Shown piece by piece: positions 1 through 8,026 of a stretch of DNA of 37,642 nucleotides (its first letter is position 1; every line of letters begins with the position of its first letter). The DNA comes from Candidatus Bathyarchaeota archaeon UBA233 (GTDB lineage: Archaea > Thermoproteota > Bathyarchaeia > Bathyarchaeales > UBA233), in assembly GCA_002507245.1 (NCBI GenBank), contig DAZI01000030.1, positions 1 to 37,642 on the forward strand, read 5' to 3'. The notes beneath the pieces were generated by a model, which had not been told where the DNA came from, searched no databases, and saw nothing but the letters and a program-made list of their open reading frames with translations. The position numbers and the translations under genes are program-made.

Positions 1-735
1 AAAGTCCAGCTTTATTGGCGTTATGGAAACTTGTTTTCCACGTTTAATTACATATATATCTGTTCTTTCATAATCGTCTGGGTAATCGTCTAAAACCCAA
101 TCATAGATGCGGTATCCCCTCTCATGTTTTCTAAAAATGTCCAAATAACCTTTATACGAAAGTTTAGTGAACCCCACGCGTTTCATTGCAGTTCCTGCGG
201 GTACGTTAATGTTCAATATGCTCGCCTTGGGTGGCATACCAAACCTTAAAACATACTCCACAACCTCCTGTGTCAAGTTCGCTGCAAACTCTAGCTCAGT
301 CACGGTTACCTTCTTTTTAGGTGAACCTTCACCAATTCTTTCAATGCAGTACGAGGTGGCTACAGATGGAACTCCATGGATAGCTGCCTCAAAAGCTGCA
401 CCTAAAGTCCCGGAAGTAAGCAAGTCGTCTATCCCAATGTTTGGTCCAAGATTTATGCCTGAAACAACAATATCTGGCGTCTCCTTTAAAATCTTGAAAA
501 GTGCTAATAACACGGCGTCTGCAGGAGTTCCAGTAACTGCATATGCTTTTGTTCCAGACTTTAGGTGAGTCTCGATTACTTCTACAGTACCTGTGGAAAC
601 AGCTTTTCCTATACCACTCTTTTCTGTTTGAGGCGCCACCACAACAGTTTCACCTAAATCTCTTAGCTTCTTTTCTAGAATCCATAACCCCGGTGAATCA
701 ATTCCATCATCATTAGTCAGCAAAATCTTTTTCAT
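1..735 (-). CDS. surE: 5'/3'-nucleotidase SurE (3' end runs off the window)
   Basis: Not in ORF track. Hand translation from ATG at 735: MKKILLTNDDGIDSPGLW...VVAPQTEKSG...GTPADAV...VVSGINLGPNIG...SGTLGAAFEAA. These are the SurE motifs (TNDDG, GTPAD, SGIN.G.N, SGT). Confidence 0.96.
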   Translation of the reverse strand, partial: MKKILLTNDDGIDSPGLWILEKKLRDLGETVVVAPQTEKSGIGKAVSTGTVEVIETHLKSGTKAYAVTGTPADAVLLALFKILKETPDIVVSGINLGPNIGIDDLLTSGTLGAAFEAAIHGVPSVATSYCIERIGEGSPKKKVTVTELEFAANLTQEVVEYVLRFGMPPKASILNINVPAGTAMKRVGFTKLSYKGYLDIFRKHERGYRIYDWVLDDYPDDYERTDIYVIKRGKQVSITPIKLDF

Positions 736-757
736 AGACTTTTGTTCTCCTACAATT

Positions 758-1033
758 TTAATAGCGTATGTAGAAATCTTCAAATTCACCCGTGTATTCA
801 CTCCACTCGATTTCTATATTTTTCACTCTGGCGCCTGGGGGCCCATGCTTACAAAACTCTATTAATTCTAAAACTTTTTCTTTTTCTCCTTCAAACAGGG
901 CTTCAACTCGTCCATCAGGAAGGTTACGAACCCATCCTCTCACGTTTCGCTTTCTAGCTTCCCGTCGTGTTTCGTATCTGAAAAACACTCCCTGAACTCT
1001 TCCCGAAACATATACATGCGCCCTTTCCCTCAT
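758..1033 (-). CDS. acyP: Acylphosphatase
   Basis: VSGRVQGVFFR and GWVRNLPDGRVE signature motifs, 91 aa. Confidence 0.97.
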   Translation of the reverse strand: MRERAHVYVSGRVQGVFFRYETRREARKRNVRGWVRNLPDGRVEALFEGEKEKVLELIEFCKHGPPGARVKNIEIEWSEYTGEFEDFYIRY

Positions 1034-1201
1034 CGCACCACCACAAACGTTTAGATTATGTAATTGAAACTTTTCTTAAATGATATTTGTAGCGAAAGTT
1101 GTAGCAAAGGCATCCCACTTTCACTCACCTCTCTCCCTCTTATAGATGTTCGTTGCACCGTTTATTTTAAAACGTTCAAGAAGGCCTAAATCGAAATCAA
1201 G

Positions 1202-1546
1202 GTGAACGAATTGCTTTCCCATCTTAACGGAAAACTGCGGATTTACGCTTCAAGTTTTTCGACAAATCACTCTCGTTTGGAAACTGTTGGTTCTGCGGCT
1301 AGAAAAATCGCTGAGCATTTACATTTAGATTTGGAGGTTATCCGTTTTGGAGATAATCCAACCGCAATCCATGTTTATTTTAGTGATGGAAAGGGAGAAG
1401 AGATTCCACTTTACTCCGCCAAAAATGGAAGGTTAAATGAAGATGAGATTTACATAGCCCTAAGAAACATGATTTTTGTCTTGTCCTTCCACCCAAAATA
1501 TTCAAACTTGAAAAAGATTAGGAGCGAGATCATGAAACCTTCTTGA
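1202..1546 (+). CDS. Hypothetical protein (small alpha/beta)
   Basis: 114-aa ORF with protein-like composition filling the gap. AGGTGA precedes a TTG at 1211, a likely alternative start. Confidence 0.7.
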   Translation: MNELLSHLNGKLRIYASSFSTNHSRLETVGSAARKIAEHLHLDLEVIRFGDNPTAIHVYFSDGKGEEIPLYSAKNGRLNEDEIYIALRNMIFVLSFHPKYSNLKKIRSEIMKPS

Positions 1547-1877
1547 ATTTTATAGTTTGCCCGGTAAGTTCCACTTCATATGTCTGATTTACGTCGAAGT
1601 TAATCCCTAAGCTTTCATATTCTGTTTCTGTTAGGAAGAGAATTATTTTTGGGAGAGCGTATTTGGTTTTCGTTGGGAACATGGGCAATTGTTTTTGAAG
1701 AGCTTGGATTACACTTTGAACCATTTGTCCTTCTTCAGTTTCCGGTTTCACAGCGAATCGTGGGATAACCCGCTCCTCGACAAGTTCAATCCTTTTGCCA
1801 AGGTTTCCATCCGGGTCACGAATGGACTCGATTTTCTGAACTCTTACACGGAACATAAACTTCACACGCATTAACAC
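1530..1877 (-). CDS. Arcadin-1 family protein
   Basis: Pattern DPDG.LGKRIELVEE...Q.LQKQLP...PKIILFLTE.EYE.LG..FDV.Q.YEV resembles Pyrobaculum arcadin-1 as I recall it. Similar size. Confidence 0.8.
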   Translation of the reverse strand: MLMRVKFMFRVRVQKIESIRDPDGNLGKRIELVEERVIPRFAVKPETEEGQMVQSVIQALQKQLPMFPTKTKYALPKIILFLTETEYESLGINFDVNQTYEVELTGQTIKFKKVS

Positions 1878-1916
1878 TAGAAACTTACGTCTACTTCTTT
1901 ATACCCTTTCCGTCAT

Positions 1917-3191
1917 TTATTCCATTTCTATAGTTGCTGGAGGTTTTGGCGTAACATCATAATAAATCTCGGAAACATTATTGTATTTTTCAAGTATTTC
2001 TTCCGCAGTCTTGTTGAGAGTATTCCAGGGAAGTTTAGAAACTTCGGCTTCCAGAAAATCTCGTGTTTCAACCGCTCTTATTCCGATCACATATGGCTTT
2101 TCACTTGTTAGATATCGAATGGCATACCAGACACGGGTGAATGAGGGATTGTCTGTTAAAATCTTTTTCTGAAGAGCTATGAGGTTTAAAATTGGCGGTT
2201 GATGAACTTTTTCGTCAGGCGTCTGCACTCTTATTCCTACCACATAGCCATAACGTCTGACTCCCCGCTTCACTCCAGTTGCTTTATCAACAAAAATCTT
2301 GGCGTGAACATGCCTAGAGGGGACATTTAAAAATCGCGCTGTTGCCTCTTGAATCCGTATGAGCCGTCCATAATCTCTAATCTGCTCATTATCAATTATA
2401 ACGGCAAAATGCTGGCTAGGCTTAAATTCCGCTAACCTCTTTTCCACAAGGGCGGTGGTTACCCTTAAAGTTTCTAGTTTATCAACTCGAACTTCGCCTA
2501 CAACTCGAACCGCTAGCCCGGGTCCTGGGAAGGGTTGTCGTTCAATGATTTCGTCGGGTATTCCTAAATACTTAGCTACTTCCCTTACTTGACTCTTGTA
2601 TAGCTGAACCACAGGCTCAACTATTTTAAAGCCGAAACGTTCAATAGGGCTTATTCCTATCTGTTCAAGCACGTTATGCTGAGTTTTTATTCCGCTTTTC
2701 GTTTCCACTACATCAGCGCGGTTTGTTCCTTGTACAAGAAAACTACATCCTTCTTTTCTGGCTAGCTCACTAAGTGTTTCATAAAAAGTTTTTCTGAAGG
2801 CTCTCCGTTTTTCTTCTGCATCCTTTAATCCCTTTAAGGCTTTCAAAAAACGTTCTCTGGCTTCTATGATTTTCACTGGTAGGTTTATAGGCGAGTTTGA
2901 AAGAAGCTCAGCAACTTTTTCCGGTTCGTTTCTTCGCATGAAAGCATCGTCCAACGTCACACATGTTAGCTGGTTGCCTATTGCTCTATAAGTTAGAACA
3001 GCGCTGACGGTGCTGTCAACTCCGCCAGAAACAGCCACCAATACCTTTTCTTTTCTGATAACATTCTGAATCTGCTTAATTCGAGTTTCAACAAATTCCT
3101 TTGGATTGAAATCCTCCAACGATTTATTCCTTCTCTTATTAACTTCTTTCATACTTGTTTCTTCATATTTATTATGTTTACCATGAACCAT
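1917..3191 (-). CDS. guaA: GMP synthase ATP-pyrophosphatase subunit (subunit B) with extended C-terminal region
   Basis: PP-loop AVSGGVDS, LVQGT, IKTQHNV, RQPFPGPGLAVR, C-terminal YDVTPKPPATIEME. No glutaminase domain (split archaeal type). GGTGGAG lies upstream of ATG 3191; alternative starts at 3152 and 3119. Confidence 0.92.
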   Translation of the reverse strand: MVHGKHNKYEETSMKEVNKRRNKSLEDFNPKEFVETRIKQIQNVIRKEKVLVAVSGGVDSTVSAVLTYRAIGNQLTCVTLDDAFMRRNEPEKVAELLSNSPINLPVKIIEARERFLKALKGLKDAEEKRRAFRKTFYETLSELARKEGCSFLVQGTNRADVVETKSGIKTQHNVLEQIGISPIERFGFKIVEPVVQLYKSQVREVAKYLGIPDEIIERQPFPGPGLAVRVVGEVRVDKLETLRVTTALVEKRLAEFKPSQHFAVIIDNEQIRDYGRLIRIQEATARFLNVPSRHVHAKIFVDKATGVKRGVRRYGYVVGIRVQTPDEKVHQPPILNLIALQKKILTDNPSFTRVWYAIRYLTSEKPYVIGIRAVETRDFLEAEVSKLPWNTLNKTAEEILEKYNNVSEIYYDVTPKPPATIEME

Positions 3192-3376
3192 TCATCTCCA
3201 CCAATTTTACATCACGTATATAAAAATAACTTAGCTTACCCATAGTTTTTGGGGAATCCGTTTAAATTTCTGTTGGTTTTGAAACGTCAAAAAGACAAGT
3301 TTTACATAGATTTGAGCGGTTAAAGTTTTTGAGCTATTTCCGCATATAATCTGCATTGTATTGCGGAGTGGGGCGT

Positions 3377-3715
3377 ATGAAGCTAAACGAGTTAAAATCC
3401 ACAGCTAAAGCTGTTAACGAGCTTGGTGAAAGTTATTGTGATGCTCTGAACGCTTTAAGCGGGGCAAGTAACGAAGTTAAAATGGTTCGCAAACTTTGGA
3501 GAAAAGAGAACAAGCCCCACTGCGTTTCGTTAGGACTAACCTTAATTGCCCTTCCAGACCCTTTCATAGTTACCGACCTAGCTGGAGCTGCGCTTTTAGC
3601 CTTTGGATTAATCCAATACAAAGTAAAGAACTCTGCACTCTATTTGGAAGATATATACAAAACGTTTCCCAAACTGCTTAAGGAACTGAACGAAATACGG
3701 TTCAATCATGTTTAG
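3377..3715 (+). CDS. Hypothetical protein with central hydrophobic hairpin
   Basis: ATG at 3377 after GGAGTGG. Hydrophobic segment LGLTLIALPDPFIVTDLAGAALLAFGLI flanked by amphipathic helices. Confidence 0.72.
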   Translation: MKLNELKSTAKAVNELGESYCDALNALSGASNEVKMVRKLWRKENKPHCVSLGLTLIALPDPFIVTDLAGAALLAFGLIQYKVKNSALYLEDIYKTFPKLLKELNEIRFNHV

Positions 3716-3791
3716 GCAAGTCTTGCAGTAAACCCTATATTTACAGCATATTATATACGTGACATAATGATTCCTGGGGAGGGAGGAGAAA

Positions 3792-3938
3792 GTGAAACTC
3801 GTAACCGTGCTCTTACCCGAAGCTTATCTGGAAGGGTTAGATGAACTTGTACGCGCCAATATGTACCCAAGTAGAAGTGCAGCTATTCGTTCAGCTGTGA
3901 GAGACCTCCTGAAAAAGGAGCTCTGGGGTAGAAAATAA
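3792..3938 (+). CDS. Ribbon-helix-helix (CopG/Arc/MetJ) regulator, CdrS-like, 48 aa
   Basis: Not in ORF track. GTG at 3792 after strong SD GGAGG. MKLVTVLLPEAYLEGLDELVRANMYPSRSAAIRSAVRDLLKKELWGRK has the RHH strand, LDELV helix and YPSRS.AIR.AVR helix. Confidence 0.92.
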   Translation: MKLVTVLLPEAYLEGLDELVRANMYPSRSAAIRSAVRDLLKKELWGRK

Positions 3939-3939
3939 C

Positions 3940-4722
3940 CTACAGAGCCGTTGTGTTAACTCGGTTTTTTGCTTCTCTAGCTAAGTCTCTAAGTTTTTTA
4001 GCAGTTTCTGCTGGGTTTTTCGAAAGGGTTATAGTTCTTCCTACAATGATGAAGCTTGCTCCGGCTTTAATAGCCTCTTGGAGTTTGCCTCCTTGTGCAC
4101 CTACTCCAGGCGAATAGATTGGAGTCTTTTCGTTTAATATTTGATAGATTTCCCGTATCTTTTCTGGATAAGTGGCGCCTACCACGGCTCCGTCAGCTTT
4201 CCACTTTAATGCCTTTTTAGCGAAAATCACATATTGTGGGGTTAGCTTTCCGTTTTCATCCTTTAATATTTGTCCATATCCCTCACATGCTGCTTTATGG
4301 CTCATGTAAACGAGTAGTATCACTCCCTTCTCATAGTTTTTCGCAGTTTCGAAAACGGGTTTCAAGCCCTGTTCCCATCCGATGAAGGGATTGGCAGTTA
4401 TCGCGTCGAATCCTGCTTTAAAATAGTACTGGGCGATTACTTGGTTTGTGGCACCTATATCGTTTATCTTGCAATCCATTATCATTGGTAAGCCATACGA
4501 GTATGTCGCTTCTATTATCTTTTTGACGCCGTCAAACAAGCCTAGAGGAAGTGTTAAATGTCTATTGATTTTGACCGCGCAGATATAATGCTGAACTGTT
4601 TCGATAATCCTTAAAGCCTTTTTCAATAAAAGGGTTGGTTCCTGTGGTGGGAGGTCAAGTGCTAAAACTATGTTTGAGTTTTTGTTTTCTGCGGAATCTT
4701 TTATTTTTTCTTGAAATTTCAT
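3940..4722 (-). CDS. pyrF: Orotidine-5'-phosphate decarboxylase
   Basis: LALD, AVK, DCKINDIGATN (DxKxxDIxxT), VVGAT, SPGVGAQGG, IIVGRTI. Confidence 0.96.
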   Translation of the reverse strand: MKFQEKIKDSAENKNSNIVLALDLPPQEPTLLLKKALRIIETVQHYICAVKINRHLTLPLGLFDGVKKIIEATYSYGLPMIMDCKINDIGATNQVIAQYYFKAGFDAITANPFIGWEQGLKPVFETAKNYEKGVILLVYMSHKAACEGYGQILKDENGKLTPQYVIFAKKALKWKADGAVVGATYPEKIREIYQILNEKTPIYSPGVGAQGGKLQEAIKAGASFIIVGRTITLSKNPAETAKKLRDLAREAKNRVNTTAL

Positions 4723-4754
4723 TTCTTAGCCTCATAAATAGAGTTTTATTTTTG

Positions 4755-5435
4755 TTATGGTTTGAAAACTTTTATGGTTTCAGTTTCACCTCCGGAAACA
4801 TGTTCTATGAATTTAAGAGTCATTTCCACAGCGTTTTTTAGCTGATCTTCCGTGATCCCTGGGGCGCCATATCCTACTATCACTACTTCCCTTGTTTCTT
4901 GCGTGATTTTGGTTGCGTCAGCATCTCGGTAAGGGTAAACACAGAGAATTCGTGTTTTATCTGCTAATACTAGCATGTTGCTTTTCAGCATTATAGGTGT
5001 AACCATTCCAATTCCCCGAAATTTTTCGTTTTCTTTTGAGAAACGAATCTGTAGTGGTGGATTTAGAAGTTTTAGGTCAAATCCACTTAAGGGGATTATC
5101 GTTTTTAGTGAGGCTAAGTTATAGGCATCTACGACGGTTGAAATAGTTGGTAGTGGCTTTCCTCGTAGGATTCTACGAAGTAATGCTTCGCCTGAAGGTC
5201 GGATTTTTGTTGGGTCTATATTAAGTTTCCAATAAAAGTCGCGATAAGCTCTCACTACGAGATTATTCTTTAATCCCTCAAGCTGATGGATGCGTCTAGC
5301 TTCTTCAATGATTTGAGCTTTTAGCTCTTCAATTTTTGGATTTGTACGTTCAACTGTTATCCCTTTAACCATGCCTAAGCAAACAGCAAGTTCAGGAAAT
5401 CTTTCAACCACTTCCTGATTCCACTTTACTTCCAA
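4755..5435 (-). CDS. Stand-alone B3/B4 (PheRS-beta editing-like) domain protein
   Basis: AYRDFYWKLNIDPTKIRPSGEALLRR, VVDAYNLASL, FDL, YPYRD...TKIT motifs of the B3/4 family. Confidence 0.9.
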   Translation of the reverse strand: MEVKWNQEVVERFPELAVCLGMVKGITVERTNPKIEELKAQIIEEARRIHQLEGLKNNLVVRAYRDFYWKLNIDPTKIRPSGEALLRRILRGKPLPTISTVVDAYNLASLKTIIPLSGFDLKLLNPPLQIRFSKENEKFRGIGMVTPIMLKSNMLVLADKTRILCVYPYRDADATKITQETREVVIVGYGAPGITEDQLKNAVEMTLKFIEHVSGGETETIKVFKP

Positions 5436-5540
5436 TTCTTAATGAACCTCTCTCTATTTTAGAAGGGTATTCAATCAAAGTTAAAGGGTTTAGTGAATAA
5501 AGCTTTAATCACGGGCTTTTCCATTTTCAAGAGGATAGAA

Positions 5541-6464
5541 ATGATTAAGATTGGATGTTGCGGTTATCCAACATCTATGCAAAGGTATTTCCGTTATTTT
5601 AAGCTTGTAGAAATAAACACAACGTTTTATCAGTATCCTCGGCCTTCTACGATAGAAAGATGGAGGGAAAACGCTCCATCAGATTTTGAGTTTGTAGTGA
5701 AAGCCCATCAGCAAATAACCCATAAATCAAAAATGAAGCTGGAAGAAGCAAGCGAGGTAGCCTTCCAGCGGATGAAAGAAATATGCAGAACTTTAAACGC
5801 TAAAGTGTTGCTTTTCCAAACTCCAGCTTCATTTAAGCCGGAGAAACTGGAAACTGCCAAGCGGTTTTTTGCAAAAATAAAACAGGAAGACCTAACTATC
5901 GTGTGGGAAACACGTGGTTCAGCATGGGAATCCACGGAAGTCCGTGAAAAGTTAAATCAAGCCCTTAAGGAAGTTGGGGTATCACATGTGGTTGATCCTT
6001 TTAAATCATCACCTGTATATGCTATTCACGTAGCGTATTTTCGCTTACACGGGTTGGGAGAAAGGCTCTATTATTATCAATATACAGATAGCGAGCTGAA
6101 GCAACTCAAAAGTTTGGTGGAGCCTTTTCTAAAAAACGGGTTAGAGGTTTACGTACTTTTCAATAATTTGGCGATGATGCAAGATGCTATTAGGTTTAAA
6201 ATCTACTTAGAAACGGGAAACTTTCCAAGGATCACTGCTGGTGTCGGATTCGATTCAATTAAAGAGGTTATCAGTCGAACTCGTTTTCCAGTTTCAAAGA
6301 ACATGCTTTTACGGAAACTCGGTTGGAGAATAGTAGAAATTCAAGAAAATAAGCAGGAGCGGTTAGACGTTATCATAAAGAACTTACCATCGAAAACCTA
6401 TAAGACTTTAGAGGATCTACTAAAGGAGATTAAGCGAAGCATAGAATCTAAAGCTCGAATCTAG
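5541..6464 (+). CDS. DUF72 (YecE-like) TIM-barrel protein with C-terminal extra domain
   Basis: IKIGCCG, VEINTTFY, FVVKAHQ.ITH, LFQTPASF, WETRG, HVVDPF, YFRLHG, YVLFNN. ATG at 5541 after GAGGA. Confidence 0.9.
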   Translation: MIKIGCCGYPTSMQRYFRYFKLVEINTTFYQYPRPSTIERWRENAPSDFEFVVKAHQQITHKSKMKLEEASEVAFQRMKEICRTLNAKVLLFQTPASFKPEKLETAKRFFAKIKQEDLTIVWETRGSAWESTEVREKLNQALKEVGVSHVVDPFKSSPVYAIHVAYFRLHGLGERLYYYQYTDSELKQLKSLVEPFLKNGLEVYVLFNNLAMMQDAIRFKIYLETGNFPRITAGVGFDSIKEVISRTRFPVSKNMLLRKLGWRIVEIQENKQERLDVIIKNLPSKTYKTLEDLLKEIKRSIESKARI

Positions 6465-7173
6465 GTGTATTCGCAAAAATTTTTATGACATCTGGTGGTT
6501 GGAAGATTGAGGTTTGAACGAAAACTTTTACGCCTGTTTTCACGGCTTCCTCTAGTAAAAGAGAAAATTTTGGGTCCAATTTATGGTTTGGCTTTAAAAT
6601 TTTTACGTCTCCTCTTTGTATGGAAAAGAGAATTCCAGCGTTGTGTCCCCGCCGTTTTAAGCGGGTTAAAAGTTGAACATGTTTTGCTCCTCGCTGTGTT
6701 GGGGCGTCTGGAAATAGGGCTATTCCATTAACTACATGGGTTACGCTCTTGACTTCTACGAAGAACACGTTATTTTTTCCCTTTAGTTTAAGATCTAGAA
6801 TCGAATCTTCTACACGAAAGTTTCTACGTTCAACGCTATAACTCTTAAGTGCTTTAAATAAACCGTTTTCTATGGCCTTTTCCGCTAAAAAGCTGGAAAA
6901 CCGCGTATCTACGATAGTTACTACATGGGTTTTGATGGCGAAAACGTCATACTGGCTCTTTCGTTTCTCAGCTCTCGCGAATGGAATTTCCTTAAGGAAG
7001 ACTTTGGCTTTGGGGGCTAAAACAGTGGTGAGCCTCCCAGAGTTTGGGAGATGTGCCAAAACTTTTTCGTTGTTAACTGCAACTTCAACCATGAAGCGGT
7101 TCAATCTTCGAAGGAACTCGCCTACTTTCAACTTCTTCCAGCCTAGGCTGATTCTAAGCTCCTTCTTATACAT
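6448..7173 (-). CDS. sfsA: SfsA family DNA/RNA nuclease
   Basis: RLNRF, HLPNSGRL, D...VEVKSVT (PD-(D/E)XK core), FPDAPTQRGAKH. Confidence 0.94.
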   Translation of the reverse strand: MYKKELRISLGWKKLKVGEFLRRLNRFMVEVAVNNEKVLAHLPNSGRLTTVLAPKAKVFLKEIPFARAEKRKSQYDVFAIKTHVVTIVDTRFSSFLAEKAIENGLFKALKSYSVERRNFRVEDSILDLKLKGKNNVFFVEVKSVTHVVNGIALFPDAPTQRGAKHVQLLTRLKRRGHNAGILFSIQRGDVKILKPNHKLDPKFSLLLEEAVKTGVKVFVQTSIFQPPDVIKIFANTPRFEL

Positions 7174-7209
7174 GCATGAGCCTCTTCTAAGCTAATTTTC
7201 TGTAAATCC

Positions 7210-7989
7210 TTAGTTCAGAAATGTAGTTATGGCTGTCGAAAATGTTTCCTTGGCTTCCTTTACAGAAGCTATCCCCACGGCAACTATACTTATACACTTG
7301 TTTTGGGCGATAAAGCGAAAGGCATCCTTTGGCGAAAGGTATCCTGCTGCTAAAACTTTTTTAGCGATTACTGGCTTACCTATGCGCATGATTTCTTCAG
7401 CGAGCAAAGCAGGTTCGGCGTCCATGAACATGCCTAGTTTATTGAATGGAAGCATTAGTAAGTCCACGTCTGCGGATAGGTCTACTTTGCTAAGCCAACG
7501 TAACATGACCAATGGATGATGACTAACCAGCCCAGCTAAACAGTTGGACGCGTGAATTTTGTTAAGCAGTTCTGAAATCAGTTTAACATTTTTACTGTCA
7601 GTCAAGGAGCCATGAAGCAACATGGCAACCGTATTAAACTCTCCGAAAATTTTGATCTCCTCCAACGCGTGATGTAAGCCAACGGTTCCAATAAGGGTTA
7701 ATTTACCTCCAATTTCGGATTCAACAATACGTATTGCCTCGAAAACTTTTGGTGCTGGAAGGACTTGAACACCTAAAACGCCGAAATCAATGGCAGCTCG
7801 CATAACTTCCGCGATGTTTTCAGGCTGTTGAAACTTTTGGTAGTAAGCTATTGCTCGTTTTCCAAACTGTCCAGCTGCAAGAAATGGGGAAGTGCCTAAA
7901 AGTATTCTGGGAATACGTGCCTTTCCAATTTGTATCTGGAACTGTGAAAGTTTCCTTTTCAATTCCAGCCTAGAAGTTAAAGCCAACAA
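7210..7989 (-). CDS. Uncharacterised aldo/keto-reductase-like TIM-barrel protein
   Basis: IPRILLGTSPF, MRAAIDFGV, GLVSH, MLPFNKLG, IAKKVLAAG, VAVGIASVKEAKE follow the AKR barrel layout. Confidence 0.7.
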   Translation of the reverse strand: MLALTSRLELKRKLSQFQIQIGKARIPRILLGTSPFLAAGQFGKRAIAYYQKFQQPENIAEVMRAAIDFGVLGVQVLPAPKVFEAIRIVESEIGGKLTLIGTVGLHHALEEIKIFGEFNTVAMLLHGSLTDSKNVKLISELLNKIHASNCLAGLVSHHPLVMLRWLSKVDLSADVDLLMLPFNKLGMFMDAEPALLAEEIMRIGKPVIAKKVLAAGYLSPKDAFRFIAQNKCISIVAVGIASVKEAKETFSTAITTFLN

Positions 7990-8026
7990 TCGATCCTTCC
8001 GAGATTAATAGTTTCCTAAGTTAAAA

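Noticed and set aside
167-568. 133-aa plus-strand ORF in the track
   Set aside because: Antisense shadow of surE, which has all family motifs on the minus strand.
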